A stretch of DNA of 64,000 bases from an uncultured Rikenellaceae bacterium (GCA_944325305.1 CALUZO010000016.1:18856-82855); one strand, 5' to 3'. Counted from the stretch's first letter, positions 11,154 to 22,404 are shown. Made by a program: numbers and translations. The notes: generated by a model not told the origin, from the sequence alone.

Positions 11154-11398
11154 GACAGGCGCAACTAAGAATTAAACTGTGCTTATTTTAGTCCGAAGTT
11201 ATGAATTTTATTCGTATATTTGAATAATACAGCAGGCGACCCGGGCAAACTATTGAGTAAACTCAACGTTCGCCTCTCGGCTTCCACTATTTTTAAAGAA
11301 CATCTTTTAAATCAGAGTATTTTGCAGACTGCTTGAGTCAACACTTAAATTATCCCTGGCGATTGTATGCACAATCATAATAGAAAACAGAAAATATT

Positions 11399-14300
11399 AT
11401 GAAAACATTCATCTACCTGTTAATGAGCCTTGTTCTCATTGCGGCCGGCGGCTGCAAAAACACCGATCAATCCATCAAGACCAAACCAGGTCAAACGACT
11501 CCTGAGGTTAATCCATATATAGACGCATTCACCTCAGGCAACATATCGCGTAAAAGTAATATCTATCTCGTATTCTCGCAGATCATACCCGAGGAAAAGA
11601 TGAATGCTGAGAATATTTCGAAACATGTCAAAATAAAACCAGCAATCGACGGAAAATGGGAATTCGAAAGCAACAGGGCAATAGTTTTTCAACCGGAAGT
11701 CGAATTCCAACGCAACAAAACATACTCCGTAACCGTCAACCTTTCGGAATGGTTCGACGCTTCGGGCAAAGAGAAAACTTTCACTTTCGACTTTACGACC
11801 CATCCCCTGGCCCTTCGCGCCAGCCTCGAGTCCTTAGACATAACACCAGATAACGACGAGACGTATGATGCCGTAGTGGTGCTTTTCACGCCCGACACGG
11901 AAAATGACGAAGACGTGGAAAACCTTGTCGAAATTCCGGACAAGACCACCCAAGAGTGGTCGCACAACGCCAACGGCAAACAGCATGTATTGTATATCAA
12001 GAACATTCCGGCCAAGGAGAAAGCACAGAAACTCGACCTGAAAATTGCCCCAAACAAATTCGGGATCAAACGCGAGACACTGCTCTCGATAGATATCCCG
12101 GGAAACAGCGATTTCGAGGTTTACGACATCAAATACATTGCAGAACCTGAACAATACATAGAGATCACTTTTAACGAAACACTCGACGATTCGCAGAACC
12201 TGCATGGCCTTGCATACATCATCGGCAACAATTCTGAAACCGTAACTGTGGACGGCAACAAACTGCGACTCTATCCCGACTCAGACAAATCTGGCGAAAT
12301 GAGCGTCATGCTAACCGGATCTATCCGCAGTAAAAAAGGAAACAAACTCGGCGAAGACAAAACCTACACCGTCAATATTAAAGCCCAACTTCCCAGCGCG
12401 AGATTTGTCGGCAACGGAGTCATCATACCTTTGTCGGGAGAACTTACCGTACCATTCCAGGCAATATACCTGCGCGGAGTGACGGTTCGCGTCATCAGAA
12501 TCATGGAAAACAACATCGGAACATTCCTGCAATCCAACAACCTCAACGGATCCTCGGAACTGATGCGCGTGGGCAGGCTCATCGCCCGCAAAACAATATT
12601 CCTCGACGAACAAAACAGCGACCTCTCGCACTGGAATACATATGCGGTAGACCTGCGCCAACTGATGGACCCGGAACCAGGCGCAATTTATCGCGTCGAA
12701 CTTTCATTCACCCGAGACCTCTCGGCCTACCCATGCAATGAAATCGAACAAAAAACAAAAGAACAGATAATCGCCGAAGATGAAATCAAGTTCCGCGAAG
12801 AACTCGACAAGTTCGACAACGGAGGACACTACTACTATTACGACGAGTATGACGACTGGTATAACTATGACTACAGGAAGCGTAACGACCCATGCTCGGG
12901 CAGTTATTACCGCAACCGCACCGTTGGCCGCAATGTCCTCGCCACGAACCTCGGCCTGATAGCCATGGAGGGCGAAAACGACCAGATAACCATAATGGTA
13001 CACAATATCCTCAACACCAAACCTGAACGCGGTGTAAAAGTAACCCTATACAACTACCAGCACCAGCAAATAGGAACCGCCACAAGTGACGACAAAGGCC
13101 AGGCAACCATAAAATATACGGCAGGAAGACCCTATTACATCATTGCAAGCTCCGGCAAACAAAAATCTTACCTGCGCGTTGATCACGGTTCGTCACTCTC
13201 TATGAGTTCGTTCGACGTCTCAGGCAAGGTCGTCCAGAAGGGACTCAAAGGCTTCATTTACGGGGAGCGCGGAGTATGGCGTCCCGGCGATATCATCCAT
13301 CTCGGATTCATGCTGGACGACCGGACCAAAACCCTGCCCGGCAACCATCCAGTCATCATGGAACTCTTCACACCGCTCGGACAACTGTACGCACGCCAGA
13401 CCCAGACAAATAACGAGATGGGCCTTTATACCTTCAACTTCTCCACAGAAGAGGATGCAGAAACAGGAGCCTGGCACGTGAATGCCATTGTCGGCGGCGT
13501 GACATTCACCAAAACCATCCGCATAGAGACAATCAAACCAAACAGACTCAAGATCGAATTCGACATGCCCGACGAAATTCTGCTGCGCGCCAAACGGACA
13601 GAATTGCCGATGCATGCGGAATGGCTGCAGGGAGCAACTGCCCGCAACCTCAAATATGAACTCGAAACGACATTCTCCCAGACTGTAACATCATTCCCGA
13701 AATTTGCCGGTTACGTGTTCGATGACCCGTCGAAGAATTTCTCCGACAACGATCCCAAAATCATCTCAGGCACAACGGACGATAAAGGCAACGCAACAAT
13801 AGGACTGCGCTTCGACATAGGCGAAGACGCCCCCGGAATGCTTTCGGCGAACATCGTAACACGCGTATACGAGGAGTCGGGAGATTTCAGCATCGACGGC
13901 ATGAAAATGCAGTATTCGCCATACGAAACCTATGTCGGCATAAAATCACCGCAAAAAGACATCAACCAACTCAATACCGGAACCTCACACACTTTCGAAG
14001 TGGCCGCTGTCGGCTACACAGGCACCCCCGAAAACGATCGTTCTATCGAAGTAAACGTTTACAAAGTGCAGTGGCACTGGTGGTGGAGTGCGGCAAACAA
14101 CAGGCTCGCCAACTATATATCAAATTCATATAACCGCCCTGTCAAGAATTTCAGCGTACGAACCGACATGAACGGAAAGGCAACATTCGAACTGAATTTC
14201 GACAACAGCGAATGGGGAACCTATTTCGTGCAGGTAAAGGATAATTCGAGCGGTCACTCTTCTGGAGTCATGGCCTATTTCGACTGGCCCTCGATGTATG

Positions 14301-16942
14301 GAAGACGTAACGCCCAGGGAGGAGACGCCGCAACCACAATCAATATCAAAACCGACAAGGACACATATGCGCCAGGCGAAAAAATACGCGTTACGTTCCC
14401 ATCAGCGGCAGGAAGCCGCGCCATAGCAACCATCGAGAACGGCACTCGATTACTGAGCTCATCGGAATACGAATGCACCGATAAAGAGACTACAATTTCG
14501 ATAGAGGCTACCGCAGAAATGCAACCAAACGCATACGTACACATCACATTGCTCCAACCATACGGCGCCATGACAAACGATCTGCCGATCCGAATGTACG
14601 GCGTCGTGCCGGTTACGGTGACATCGCCCGAAAGCAGGTTGTCGCCAGTCATTACTATGGCGGATGAGATACGTCCCGAAAGCCAATACCAAATAACCGT
14701 ATCCGAAAGCACTGGCCGCGAAATGGCTTACACACTCGCCATCGTAGACGAAGGCCTGCTTGACCTTACCCGATTCAAAACACCGGACCCATGGGAGGCA
14801 TTCAATGCACGGGAAGCATTGGGGGTAAATACATGGGACTTGTATAATTATGTGGTAGGAGCTTACGGCGGACGTATCGAACAGATATTCAGCATCGGCG
14901 GCGACGACGCCCTCGAAATAGGAGAGAGAGCCATCGTCAACCGTTTCACACCCGTAGTAGTGTTCGACGGACCATTCCGCCTCGAAAAAGGAAAAAAACA
15001 GACCCACTCTTTAGAAATGCCGAATTACAGCGGACGGGTCAGAGTAATGGTCGTTGCAGGTGACGGAGAGGCATACGGCAATGTCGACAAGAGCGTACTC
15101 GTCCGTAAACCGCTGATGCTGCTCGGCACTCTGCCACGCGTTATCGGCACAAACGAAGAGATGTCGGTACCTGCAACCGTTTTCGCAATGAAAGATGGAA
15201 TGGGCGACGTGAAAGTCTCGATCAAGGTATCTGACAATATGGAGATCGCGGGAGACAATACCCAAACACTCAACTTCAGCAAAACAGGCGACAAACAGGC
15301 AAAATTCCGCATACGGGTGAAGGATATTCCGGGAACAGGACGAATCACGATAACCGCTTCGGCAAAAGGCGAAACGGCGGAATACGCAACAGACATAGAA
15401 ATTCGCTCTGTGCGCCTTCCGCAGGTGAAGGTCGAAAACACCATGCTGAAAAACGGAGAAGATGCAAAATGGGACATTCAGATGCCCGGCACAAACGGAA
15501 CCAATACACTGACTCTCGAAACATCCAGCATACAACCTTTAAACCTTACGTCGCGCCTCAACTACCTGTTGGGATACCCGCACGGATGCATCGAACAGAT
15601 AACTTCGAAAGGCTTCCCGCAACTCTATCTCAAAGAGTTCGCCTCGCTAACCAAAGCTCAGGAACAATCCACACAGGACGCCGTGAAAGAGGTCATCCGC
15701 AGAATGCGTTCATACCTTAAATCCGACGGAATGTTCTCATATTGGCCCGGTAGCACGGAATATTACAGCTGGGCATCGACATATGCCGTACACTTCATAT
15801 TGGAGGCCGAGGCCAACGGATATCTAATTCCAGAATCGCTCAAACGCGACGCTTTGGCCGGCCTGAAACGAGCCGCGCGAAACTGGAAACCGGAAAAATC
15901 ATCACACCTGCGTTCGGAACGTATGACACAAGCATACAGACTATTTGTGCTGACGCTCGCCGGCGAAACAGAAATGGGAGCCATGAACCGCCTGCGCGAA
16001 GGAGAAATGGATGATATGACCCGATGGCTGCTGGCTGCCGCCTACGCAAATGCCGGCCGAACCGACGTGGCGCGCGAATTGACAACCAAAACCACCAATA
16101 TAGAGCAGGAATATAACGAATACGACCAAACCTTCGGCAGCGACACAAGGGATAAAGCCATAAAACTGATAACACTGACCATCATGGACGATGCCGAAAA
16201 CGCAACTCCAATAGCCGACGAAATATCCAAGGAGCTCGGCTCGGACGAATGGATGAGTACGCAAACCACTGCTTTCTCGCTCATGGCAATGTCGAAATAT
16301 ATGAAAAAATACAGTCCCGACGGCGACATGTCATTCTCGTACAAATTCAACGGCAAAGAGGAAAATGTGACGACATCAAAGAGCGTTTGGAGCGCAACTC
16401 TGGCCGAAAAAGCCCCTGAAAAGGCTTCGCTCGAAGTGAAAAATACAGGAAAAGCCCCGTTATTCGTCCGTATTATCACCGAGGGCACTCCAGAACAGGG
16501 TGAGGAAAAAGCTTACTCGAACGGCATCACCATATCGGTAGACTACAAAACATTAAACGGCAAATCTGTCGACGTGACATCACTGAAACAAGGAACGAAT
16601 TTCACAGCCAGCGTCACCATCAAAAACCCGAGTGCAAAAGCAGTCAACAACCTCGTACTCACACAAATCTTCCCGGCCGGATGGGAAATACTGAACACGC
16701 GTTTCCTCAACGAGGATGGAGATGATGAGACATCTTCGCAATGGCTTAGTTATCAGGACATACGCGACGACAGGGTTTACAGTTACATGGACCGGTTAGA
16801 CTCGGGACGACAGATAACTGTCGAAATTAATGTCACAGCGGTTTATCCAGGTTTGTTCTATCTGCCACCTGTTTATTGCGAAGCCATGTACGACCACCTT
16901 ATTCGCGCCAACACCGAGGGCAAGTTCGTAACTGTCGAATAG
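11399..16942 (+). CDS. Bacterial alpha-2-macroglobulin family lipoprotein (YfhM/ECAM-like), thioester-containing
   Basis: 1847 aa. Lipobox IAAGGC. Thioester motif GCIEQ at nt 15587-15598 within GYPHGCIEQITSKGFP. Large MG-domain architecture. Confidence 0.9.
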   Translation: MKTFIYLLMSLVLIAAGGCKNTDQSIKTKPGQTTPEVNPYIDAFTSGNISRKSNIYLVFSQIIPEEKMNAENISKHVKIKPAIDGKWEFESNRAIVFQPEVEFQRNKTYSVTVNLSEWFDASGKEKTFTFDFTTHPLALRASLESLDITPDNDETYDAVVVLFTPDTENDEDVENLVEIPDKTTQEWSHNANGKQHVLYIKNIPAKEKAQKLDLKIAPNKFGIKRETLLSIDIPGNSDFEVYDIKYIAEPEQYIEITFNETLDDSQNLHGLAYIIGNNSETVTVDGNKLRLYPDSDKSGEMSVMLTGSIRSKKGNKLGEDKTYTVNIKAQLPSARFVGNGVIIPLSGELTVPFQAIYLRGVTVRVIRIMENNIGTFLQSNNLNGSSELMRVGRLIARKTIFLDEQNSDLSHWNTYAVDLRQLMDPEPGAIYRVELSFTRDLSAYPCNEIEQKTKEQIIAEDEIKFREELDKFDNGGHYYYYDEYDDWYNYDYRKRNDPCSGSYYRNRTVGRNVLATNLGLIAMEGENDQITIMVHNILNTKPERGVKVTLYNYQHQQIGTATSDDKGQATIKYTAGRPYYIIASSGKQKSYLRVDHGSSLSMSSFDVSGKVVQKGLKGFIYGERGVWRPGDIIHLGFMLDDRTKTLPGNHPVIMELFTPLGQLYARQTQTNNEMGLYTFNFSTEEDAETGAWHVNAIVGGVTFTKTIRIETIKPNRLKIEFDMPDEILLRAKRTELPMHAEWLQGATARNLKYELETTFSQTVTSFPKFAGYVFDDPSKNFSDNDPKIISGTTDDKGNATIGLRFDIGEDAPGMLSANIVTRVYEESGDFSIDGMKMQYSPYETYVGIKSPQKDINQLNTGTSHTFEVAAVGYTGTPENDRSIEVNVYKVQWHWWWSAANNRLANYISNSYNRPVKNFSVRTDMNGKATFELNFDNSEWGTYFVQVKDNSSGHSSGVMAYFDWPSMYGRRNAQGGDAATTINIKTDKDTYAPGEKIRVTFPSAAGSRAIATIENGTRLLSSSEYECTDKETTISIEATAEMQPNAYVHITLLQPYGAMTNDLPIRMYGVVPVTVTSPESRLSPVITMADEIRPESQYQITVSESTGREMAYTLAIVDEGLLDLTRFKTPDPWEAFNAREALGVNTWDLYNYVVGAYGGRIEQIFSIGGDDALEIGERAIVNRFTPVVVFDGPFRLEKGKKQTHSLEMPNYSGRVRVMVVAGDGEAYGNVDKSVLVRKPLMLLGTLPRVIGTNEEMSVPATVFAMKDGMGDVKVSIKVSDNMEIAGDNTQTLNFSKTGDKQAKFRIRVKDIPGTGRITITASAKGETAEYATDIEIRSVRLPQVKVENTMLKNGEDAKWDIQMPGTNGTNTLTLETSSIQPLNLTSRLNYLLGYPHGCIEQITSKGFPQLYLKEFASLTKAQEQSTQDAVKEVIRRMRSYLKSDGMFSYWPGSTEYYSWASTYAVHFILEAEANGYLIPESLKRDALAGLKRAARNWKPEKSSHLRSERMTQAYRLFVLTLAGETEMGAMNRLREGEMDDMTRWLLAAAYANAGRTDVARELTTKTTNIEQEYNEYDQTFGSDTRDKAIKLITLTIMDDAENATPIADEISKELGSDEWMSTQTTAFSLMAMSKYMKKYSPDGDMSFSYKFNGKEENVTTSKSVWSATLAEKAPEKASLEVKNTGKAPLFVRIITEGTPEQGEEKAYSNGITISVDYKTLNGKSVDVTSLKQGTNFTASVTIKNPSAKAVNNLVLTQIFPAGWEILNTRFLNEDGDDETSSQWLSYQDIRDDRVYSYMDRLDSGRQITVEINVTAVYPGLFYLPPVYCEAMYDHLIRANTEGKFVTVE

Positions 16943-16976
16943 AATCTTTTGCCCACCTGCATAGGCAGCTACAAAG

Positions 16977-17013
16977 ACATAAGCTCCCGGCCCAAAGGGT
17001 CGGGAGCTTATGT
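16977..17013 (+). terminator. Intrinsic terminator hairpin after the A2M gene
   Basis: 13-bp perfect stem ACATAAGCTCCCG / CGGGAGCTTATGT with additional inner CCC/GGG pairing, 35 nt after the stop. Confidence 0.65.
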
Positions 17014-17160
17014 CAATATAACCCACTCTGACAAAAGTATCCGAAGAATAACATGAACATCAATGATCAACCGACGTTCATGTTTTCGTCATAAGCCTGG
17101 CATATATAAAAAAATAAGGAAACAAAGGATCGGGGATTATCCCCCTCTCCATCGTTCCCT

Positions 17161-17188
17161 CTACTAACCTAAAACTACTAACCTAAAA
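17161..17188. repeat. Tandem direct repeat, 2 x 14 bp (CTACTAACCTAAAA)
   Basis: Two perfect adjacent copies, followed by a degenerate third copy (AACCTTAAAA), in a 730-bp ORF-free intergenic region. Confidence 0.8.
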
Positions 17189-17277
17189 ATGAACCTTAAA
17201 ACTTCGACACAAAGATAAGGGCACTTTCCGTATTATGCAAATTTTTTAATAACTTTTTAAATATATTTAATAATTAG

Positions 17278-17307
17278 TTAACATTAGGGTTAACATTGCT
17301 TAACATT
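17278..17307. repeat. Three direct copies of TTAACATT spaced about one helical turn apart
   Basis: gTTAACATTagggTTAACATTgcTTAACATTgaa, in a very AT-rich stretch about 370 bp upstream of the DUF937/OmpA gene. Confidence 0.8.
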
Positions 17308-17673
17308 GAATTCCGGCATTGCATGTCACAGCTACAAAACCACAACACAAAAAACTGGCAATCAAAATATTATCACACCCGATCAACATCCGCACGACAA
17401 CCGGAACAAGAGCCTAAACATTATCAAAAACCATAAATCCAGTCTGACTTGTTCTTCCGCCCAGACTCGCCGGAAAATCAAAGTTCTCAAATTATTCGCA
17501 ACAATTTCATCTGATTCTCCTCTTCAAACTATTTGTCCGAAACAGACGTGCAACAACATGTATCCCCCGTCCTAAATCCACGCATATCGTAATACGCATA
17601 TTTTGCACAGTATTTGTAATACGCCATCATACGAATACGAACATTCTTTTACTTATTTATTAAATATTACATC

Positions 17674-18939
17674 ATGGGACAAATTTATAACGAGATCAAA
17701 GAACTCATTTCATCGAAAATGATCAGTACTGCCGCCGTTACTCTCGAAGAGGACGAATCCAACGTAAAGTCTGCGGTATCCACTATCCTTCCCGCTCTTT
17801 TGGGACGAATGCTCTCAAGCGGAGCTACACCACATGTCATCGGGATAATCGAAGACGCCGGAAAAGACAAACTCATAAACCAAATCCCGGAGATATTCAA
17901 AGGTCACGGCATCATAGACGGAAAAAACTACGGAGAAAGAATGGAGAACGCACTTATCGGACCTCAGAATTCCGAGTTTCCGGCTGCCATCGCAGACAAA
18001 AAGCATATCAAGGCTGAAAATGCCAACAGGCTTGGCAACTGGGTATCGGCCGTCATAGCGGGATATTTCGGAGAACAGGTGATCGACAAGAAAAAAACGA
18101 CGGCCTCCCTCATGCAGGAACTCCAAAAGGAAAAAAGCGATATCGCAGCAGACATACCAGCCGACATGTATGCCAAATTGGGAGTCAACAAAGTATTCGG
18201 CTCAAGCACAAGCACCAACACAACGACAAACCACAAGAAAAAAAGTTCTGGCGGCATATGGTGGATCATCATCATAATTCTGCTGCTTATCCTGATATTC
18301 TTCTTGTGGAGATCGTGCGAACGCAAGAAAAATATGGCAATAATCGAAGTGATCGGTACCGAGATAGTGGCAACACCCAACACTGCACGCAACAATAACA
18401 ATGTCGCGGGGACAAATAATTCAGCCACCGGAAACAACACCCCACAGCAGGATACTTTGGCACAGGAAATAATCGAACGCAAACTCCCGGACGGACATAA
18501 AATCACCGTATATAAGAACAGTTCCGCCGCCGCAATGCTTGCTTTCCTCAACTCGGAAAGTTATAAGAATGCATCGGACAAAGACATGAAGGATACATGG
18601 TTCGATTTCGAAGATATAAATTTCGTAGCAGACAGGCACGACCAACTCACTGTGGAATCTATGGAGCATGTAAACAACATCATCGCTATCATGCAAAACC
18701 ATAATGATGTAAAAATGGAGATAGGAGTTTACGCAGATTCCACCAAAACTCGCGACAAAGACGGAAACATTGCAAAAAAACGTGCAGAATATATCAAATC
18801 TCTCTTCGTTGAAAACGGGATCGACGCCAAACGCATCTCGGCTGAACGGCTAAGAAAAGAACTCGCTAACGCAATGATTAACGAGAATGACGCACAAAAA
18901 AACAGAGACTGTATCGTAGCATTCCGATTCAAGAAATAA
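17674..18939 (+). CDS. DUF937-like N-terminal domain / TM helix / OmpA-like C-terminal peptidoglycan-binding domain protein
   Basis: The N-terminus (SAVSTILPALLGRML) resembles DUF937. A strongly hydrophobic helix IWWIIIIILLLILIFFLW and an Asn-rich linker follow. The C-terminal OmpA_C-like region is ADRHDQLT...KKRAEYIKSLFVENGIDAKRIS. Confidence 0.7.
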   Translation: MGQIYNEIKELISSKMISTAAVTLEEDESNVKSAVSTILPALLGRMLSSGATPHVIGIIEDAGKDKLINQIPEIFKGHGIIDGKNYGERMENALIGPQNSEFPAAIADKKHIKAENANRLGNWVSAVIAGYFGEQVIDKKKTTASLMQELQKEKSDIAADIPADMYAKLGVNKVFGSSTSTNTTTNHKKKSSGGIWWIIIIILLLILIFFLWRSCERKKNMAIIEVIGTEIVATPNTARNNNNVAGTNNSATGNNTPQQDTLAQEIIERKLPDGHKITVYKNSSAAAMLAFLNSESYKNASDKDMKDTWFDFEDINFVADRHDQLTVESMEHVNNIIAIMQNHNDVKMEIGVYADSTKTRDKDGNIAKKRAEYIKSLFVENGIDAKRISAERLRKELANAMINENDAQKNRDCIVAFRFKK

Positions 18940-19024
18940 ACTCGGATTAGCCCTGCCGTAACCGCAAAAAAACGACATGACAAATCGGCCACGTCGTTAT
19001 CGCATCGAAACGAATGCCGAAACA

Positions 19025-19055
19025 AGCCATCCCTCCATGCCATGAAGGGATGGCT
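19025..19055 (+). terminator. Terminator-like hairpin after the OmpA-like gene
   Basis: 10-bp stem AGCCATCCCT / AGGGATGGCT with an 11-nt loop. Confidence 0.5.
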
Positions 19056-19512
19056 CTGTCTTTACAAAAAATTACTCGAAACTCCAGTCTGCACTTATCT
19101 CAGACGATACGATACCACCACCCTGCCACTGAACCGAAACACAAAGTCGAATCACACCGAAAAGCAGTTCATTCATACAAAACCTGATTTTCATGATCAA
19201 CTCCGACGAATCTCGATTCCATAACCGACACCTTGTCAAAAACAATACATATACAACCCTGAAAAAAATCGCTGACTTACCACTATTTACAATAGCCCCG
19301 GAATTACGCAAATATCGGCACCGTATTAATGTATGAATTTTTCATCAATGGAAATAAAACCGGGCGTACATACGTTAACAAACGTAACAATTCACCACGT
19401 CCCCAAGGCGGTTCACCCCCTATCTCAACCGCTTGGGCGGCAACACCGGACACATCGCCCGACAAATAGATAAATTTGGGGAACGAATGAAACATTCAAA
19501 AACAATCAACCG

Positions 19513-20811
19513 ATGAGAAAAAACCTATTAACGCTTCTTCTGTGCATGGTATTCGTGACAGCCAAAGGACAGGAGGCACAGGCGCCGGTTTACTCGATGA
19601 CCTTGCAGGACTGCCTGCAATTCGCTCTGAAAAACAACTATTCGCGCCAATCATCGGCACTCGGTGCCGAATCCAAAGAGCTGGGATACGAACAATCCAA
19701 ACAGGAGCGTCTGCCAAACCTCAGCGCTTCAGTCAGCGAGAGCGTTTCGCACTCCACCGGAGAATCTGCATCGTATAGCGGCAATTACGGCGTCAGCACC
19801 TCGGTAACACTTTATAACGGCGGATCAATAAACAACTCTATAGAACAAAGCCGGCTGCAAAGCGAACAGGCTGTATTCCAGCTCGCACAATACGACAACG
19901 ACCTGGCGATACAGATAATAGAAACTTTCTTGTCGGCACTCGGCAACGAAGACCTACTCAAATATCAACGGGCCGTACTCAAGGCCAGCGAAGAACAGGT
20001 GCGCCGGGGAAACGAACTCTTTAAAGAGGGAGATATTCTCGAAAGCGATAAACTCATGTTCGAAGCGCAGTATGCCTCCGACCTAAACAACATAACAAAT
20101 ACCGAAATAGCTCGCGACAACAATCTGCTTACGCTCAAAAGCCTGCTTTCGCTCGATCCGCTGGCCGAAATATCCATCATTGCACCTGATACGACAGCCA
20201 TGATACAGATGGGCATGATACCTTCACAGGACTTCGTCCTGGAAAGAGGAATGGAGACAATGCCCGAACTGGCAATCAGCGAATACAATGTAAATATAGC
20301 AAAGTCTGCACTTAACATTTCCAAAGCAGGCTACTACCCCACCGTAAGCCTCAGCGGAAGTCTCGGCTCAGGACACAGAGATTTCAGCGACTACGGAGGT
20401 CAGCTCTCCGACCGATTCAATCAGCAGATCGGGGTGTCGGTCAGCATACCTATATTCAGCAAAGGACGTAACAAAACTCAGGTGGCACAGAACAAGATAT
20501 CACTCCAACAAGCGGAACTCGACCATATGCAGACAGAACTGAGCACACGCCAGACACTGGTACAGGAGTATCAGGATCTTATTGCCGCACAGTCGCAATA
20601 CAACGCGGCAGCCATCAGCGAAAATGCATACCGCAAATCATATAACGCATCGCAGGCACAATTCGAGGAAGGTCTGCTCACCCCTGTCGAACTGCTCCAA
20701 CAGCAAAACAACTACATTAATGCGATGAACAATTTCATCCAAAGTAAATATACGTTTTTCCTGCGCCGGAAAGTTCTCGACGTATACATGGGTTTCGAAG
20801 TGAAAATGTAA
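19513..20811 (+). CDS. TolC-family outer membrane efflux protein
   Basis: Signal peptide and two-repeat OEP architecture (TLQDCLQFALKNNY start, repeated coiled-coil/beta segments). First gene of the efflux operon. Confidence 0.85.
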   Translation: MRKNLLTLLLCMVFVTAKGQEAQAPVYSMTLQDCLQFALKNNYSRQSSALGAESKELGYEQSKQERLPNLSASVSESVSHSTGESASYSGNYGVSTSVTLYNGGSINNSIEQSRLQSEQAVFQLAQYDNDLAIQIIETFLSALGNEDLLKYQRAVLKASEEQVRRGNELFKEGDILESDKLMFEAQYASDLNNITNTEIARDNNLLTLKSLLSLDPLAEISIIAPDTTAMIQMGMIPSQDFVLERGMETMPELAISEYNVNIAKSALNISKAGYYPTVSLSGSLGSGHRDFSDYGGQLSDRFNQQIGVSVSIPIFSKGRNKTQVAQNKISLQQAELDHMQTELSTRQTLVQEYQDLIAAQSQYNAAAISENAYRKSYNASQAQFEEGLLTPVELLQQQNNYINAMNNFIQSKYTFFLRRKVLDVYMGFEVKM

Positions 20812-20827
20812 AAAACATATAACGATC

Positions 20828-22129
20828 ATGGAAAAAAAGAAAAAAAGGAGGATTTGGATCATAGTCATCCTGTTGCTGATAATCGTCGCAGCGGCAATCT
20901 TAATTTTGCGTCCGGGAGCAAAACAACTTAACATCAATACGGCCACCGCCCAGGTCGAAACAATACAACTCGACGTAATGGCTACCGGGTATGTGCAGCC
21001 TGTGGACAAGGTGGATGTCGGCACACAGGTGTCAGGAGAGATTTCGAAAATATATGTGGATTACAATTCGGAAGTCAAACAGGGCGACCTGCTTGCCGAA
21101 CTCGACAAACAGACCCTCTCGGAAAAAGTGACACAAGCCAAAGCTTCGCTCGCCAGCGCACAGAGCGACCTGGATTACGCACAGCAGAACCACGACCGTA
21201 CGGCAAGACTCTATGACGTAGGCGCTGCCACACAAGTGGCGCTCGAAGAAGCCATCAACAAACTGGCCCAGGCACAAACATCGTACGCCAATGCCAAAGC
21301 CAATCTCCAACAGGCAAACGTAAACTACGGATACGCCGAAATACGATCCCCTATCAACGGCGTAATACTCGACCGCGCTGTAAACGTCGGACAGACGGTA
21401 GCATCGTCGTTCAACACCCCGACCCTCTTCACTATCGCCGAAGACCTCACAAAAATGCAGGTCGAAGCCGATATCGACGAAGCCGACATTGGCCGTATCC
21501 AAACGGGACAAACTGTCAAGTTCACGGTGGATGCACATCCGACCGATATGTTCGAGGGAACGGTCAACCAAATAAGGCTCCAGCCAACAGTAACGAATAA
21601 CGTGGTGACATATACCGTAATAATCGAGGCCCCGAACCCTGACCAGAAACTGCTGCCGGGCATGACGGCCAATATCACGATAATAACAGACTCACAAAAA
21701 GGACTCACTATTCCACTGGAAGCGACAACATTCAATCCGTCGGCCGAAATCTCAGAAATGCTCAACATAACGCCACAAGGCAATCCAGCATCTCAGAACA
21801 ACACACAAGCACAAATAGCACCGAAAGATAAAAACATGACCATGCCCAACGCAAATGCCGGCCAAAAAGAAGGTCAGACAAAACGCAGCGGAAACTTGCA
21901 GAACCCGACATTGCAAATCAACAATGACTCTTCTCAAGCCACTGTATGGGTGAAAAACGGAGAACAGATCAGCCAGCGCCAGATCACCACAGGCATAAAC
22001 GACGGTATAAACATAATAGTCACTTCGGGACTTGACGAGGGTCAGGAAGTGGTTCTTTCGGCCACCATGGAAAAACAGGCCAAAGGCGAACCGACAAACC
22101 TGATGCCACGCCCGGGTCGTAGACGTTAA
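20828..22129 (+). CDS. Efflux transporter periplasmic adaptor subunit (HlyD/MacA-like)
   Basis: N-terminal TM anchor, lipoyl-like and coiled-coil hairpin segments (QSDLDYAQQNHDRTARLY ... ANLQQANVNYGYAEIRSPINGVI), and a beta-barrel domain. The C-terminus has an unusual Q/N-rich extension. Confidence 0.85.
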   Translation: MEKKKKRRIWIIVILLLIIVAAAILILRPGAKQLNINTATAQVETIQLDVMATGYVQPVDKVDVGTQVSGEISKIYVDYNSEVKQGDLLAELDKQTLSEKVTQAKASLASAQSDLDYAQQNHDRTARLYDVGAATQVALEEAINKLAQAQTSYANAKANLQQANVNYGYAEIRSPINGVILDRAVNVGQTVASSFNTPTLFTIAEDLTKMQVEADIDEADIGRIQTGQTVKFTVDAHPTDMFEGTVNQIRLQPTVTNNVVTYTVIIEAPNPDQKLLPGMTANITIITDSQKGLTIPLEATTFNPSAEISEMLNITPQGNPASQNNTQAQIAPKDKNMTMPNANAGQKEGQTKRSGNLQNPTLQINNDSSQATVWVKNGEQISQRQITTGINDGINIIVTSGLDEGQEVVLSATMEKQAKGEPTNLMPRPGRRR

Positions 22130-22404
22130 CCGGACACAGAACAGACAACAACTCGGGCAAATGCCAACAGTATACGTCATTTACAGCAGTTACAATGTAA
22201 TGCGGGCACTTTCCCTGTCGGCACAGCCTTGACAAACATGAATGACGGAATCTACCGATTGCAGGATCATCGCCAAAAACTCTATGCGGCAAAAAAACAT
22301 TCGGTTTATGCTGCAGATACCGAGAAGAACCTCTATCGGTATGGGAAAGCGTCCATCACGCTCCGCCTAAATAGAGGTTAAACAAGTTTAACTAACGATA
22401 CGAA

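Noticed and set aside
17306-17575. 89-aa ORF in the long intergenic region.
   Set aside because: It has a TTG start, a low-complexity Thr/Asn/Lys-rich translation and no upstream signals. It is treated as non-coding.
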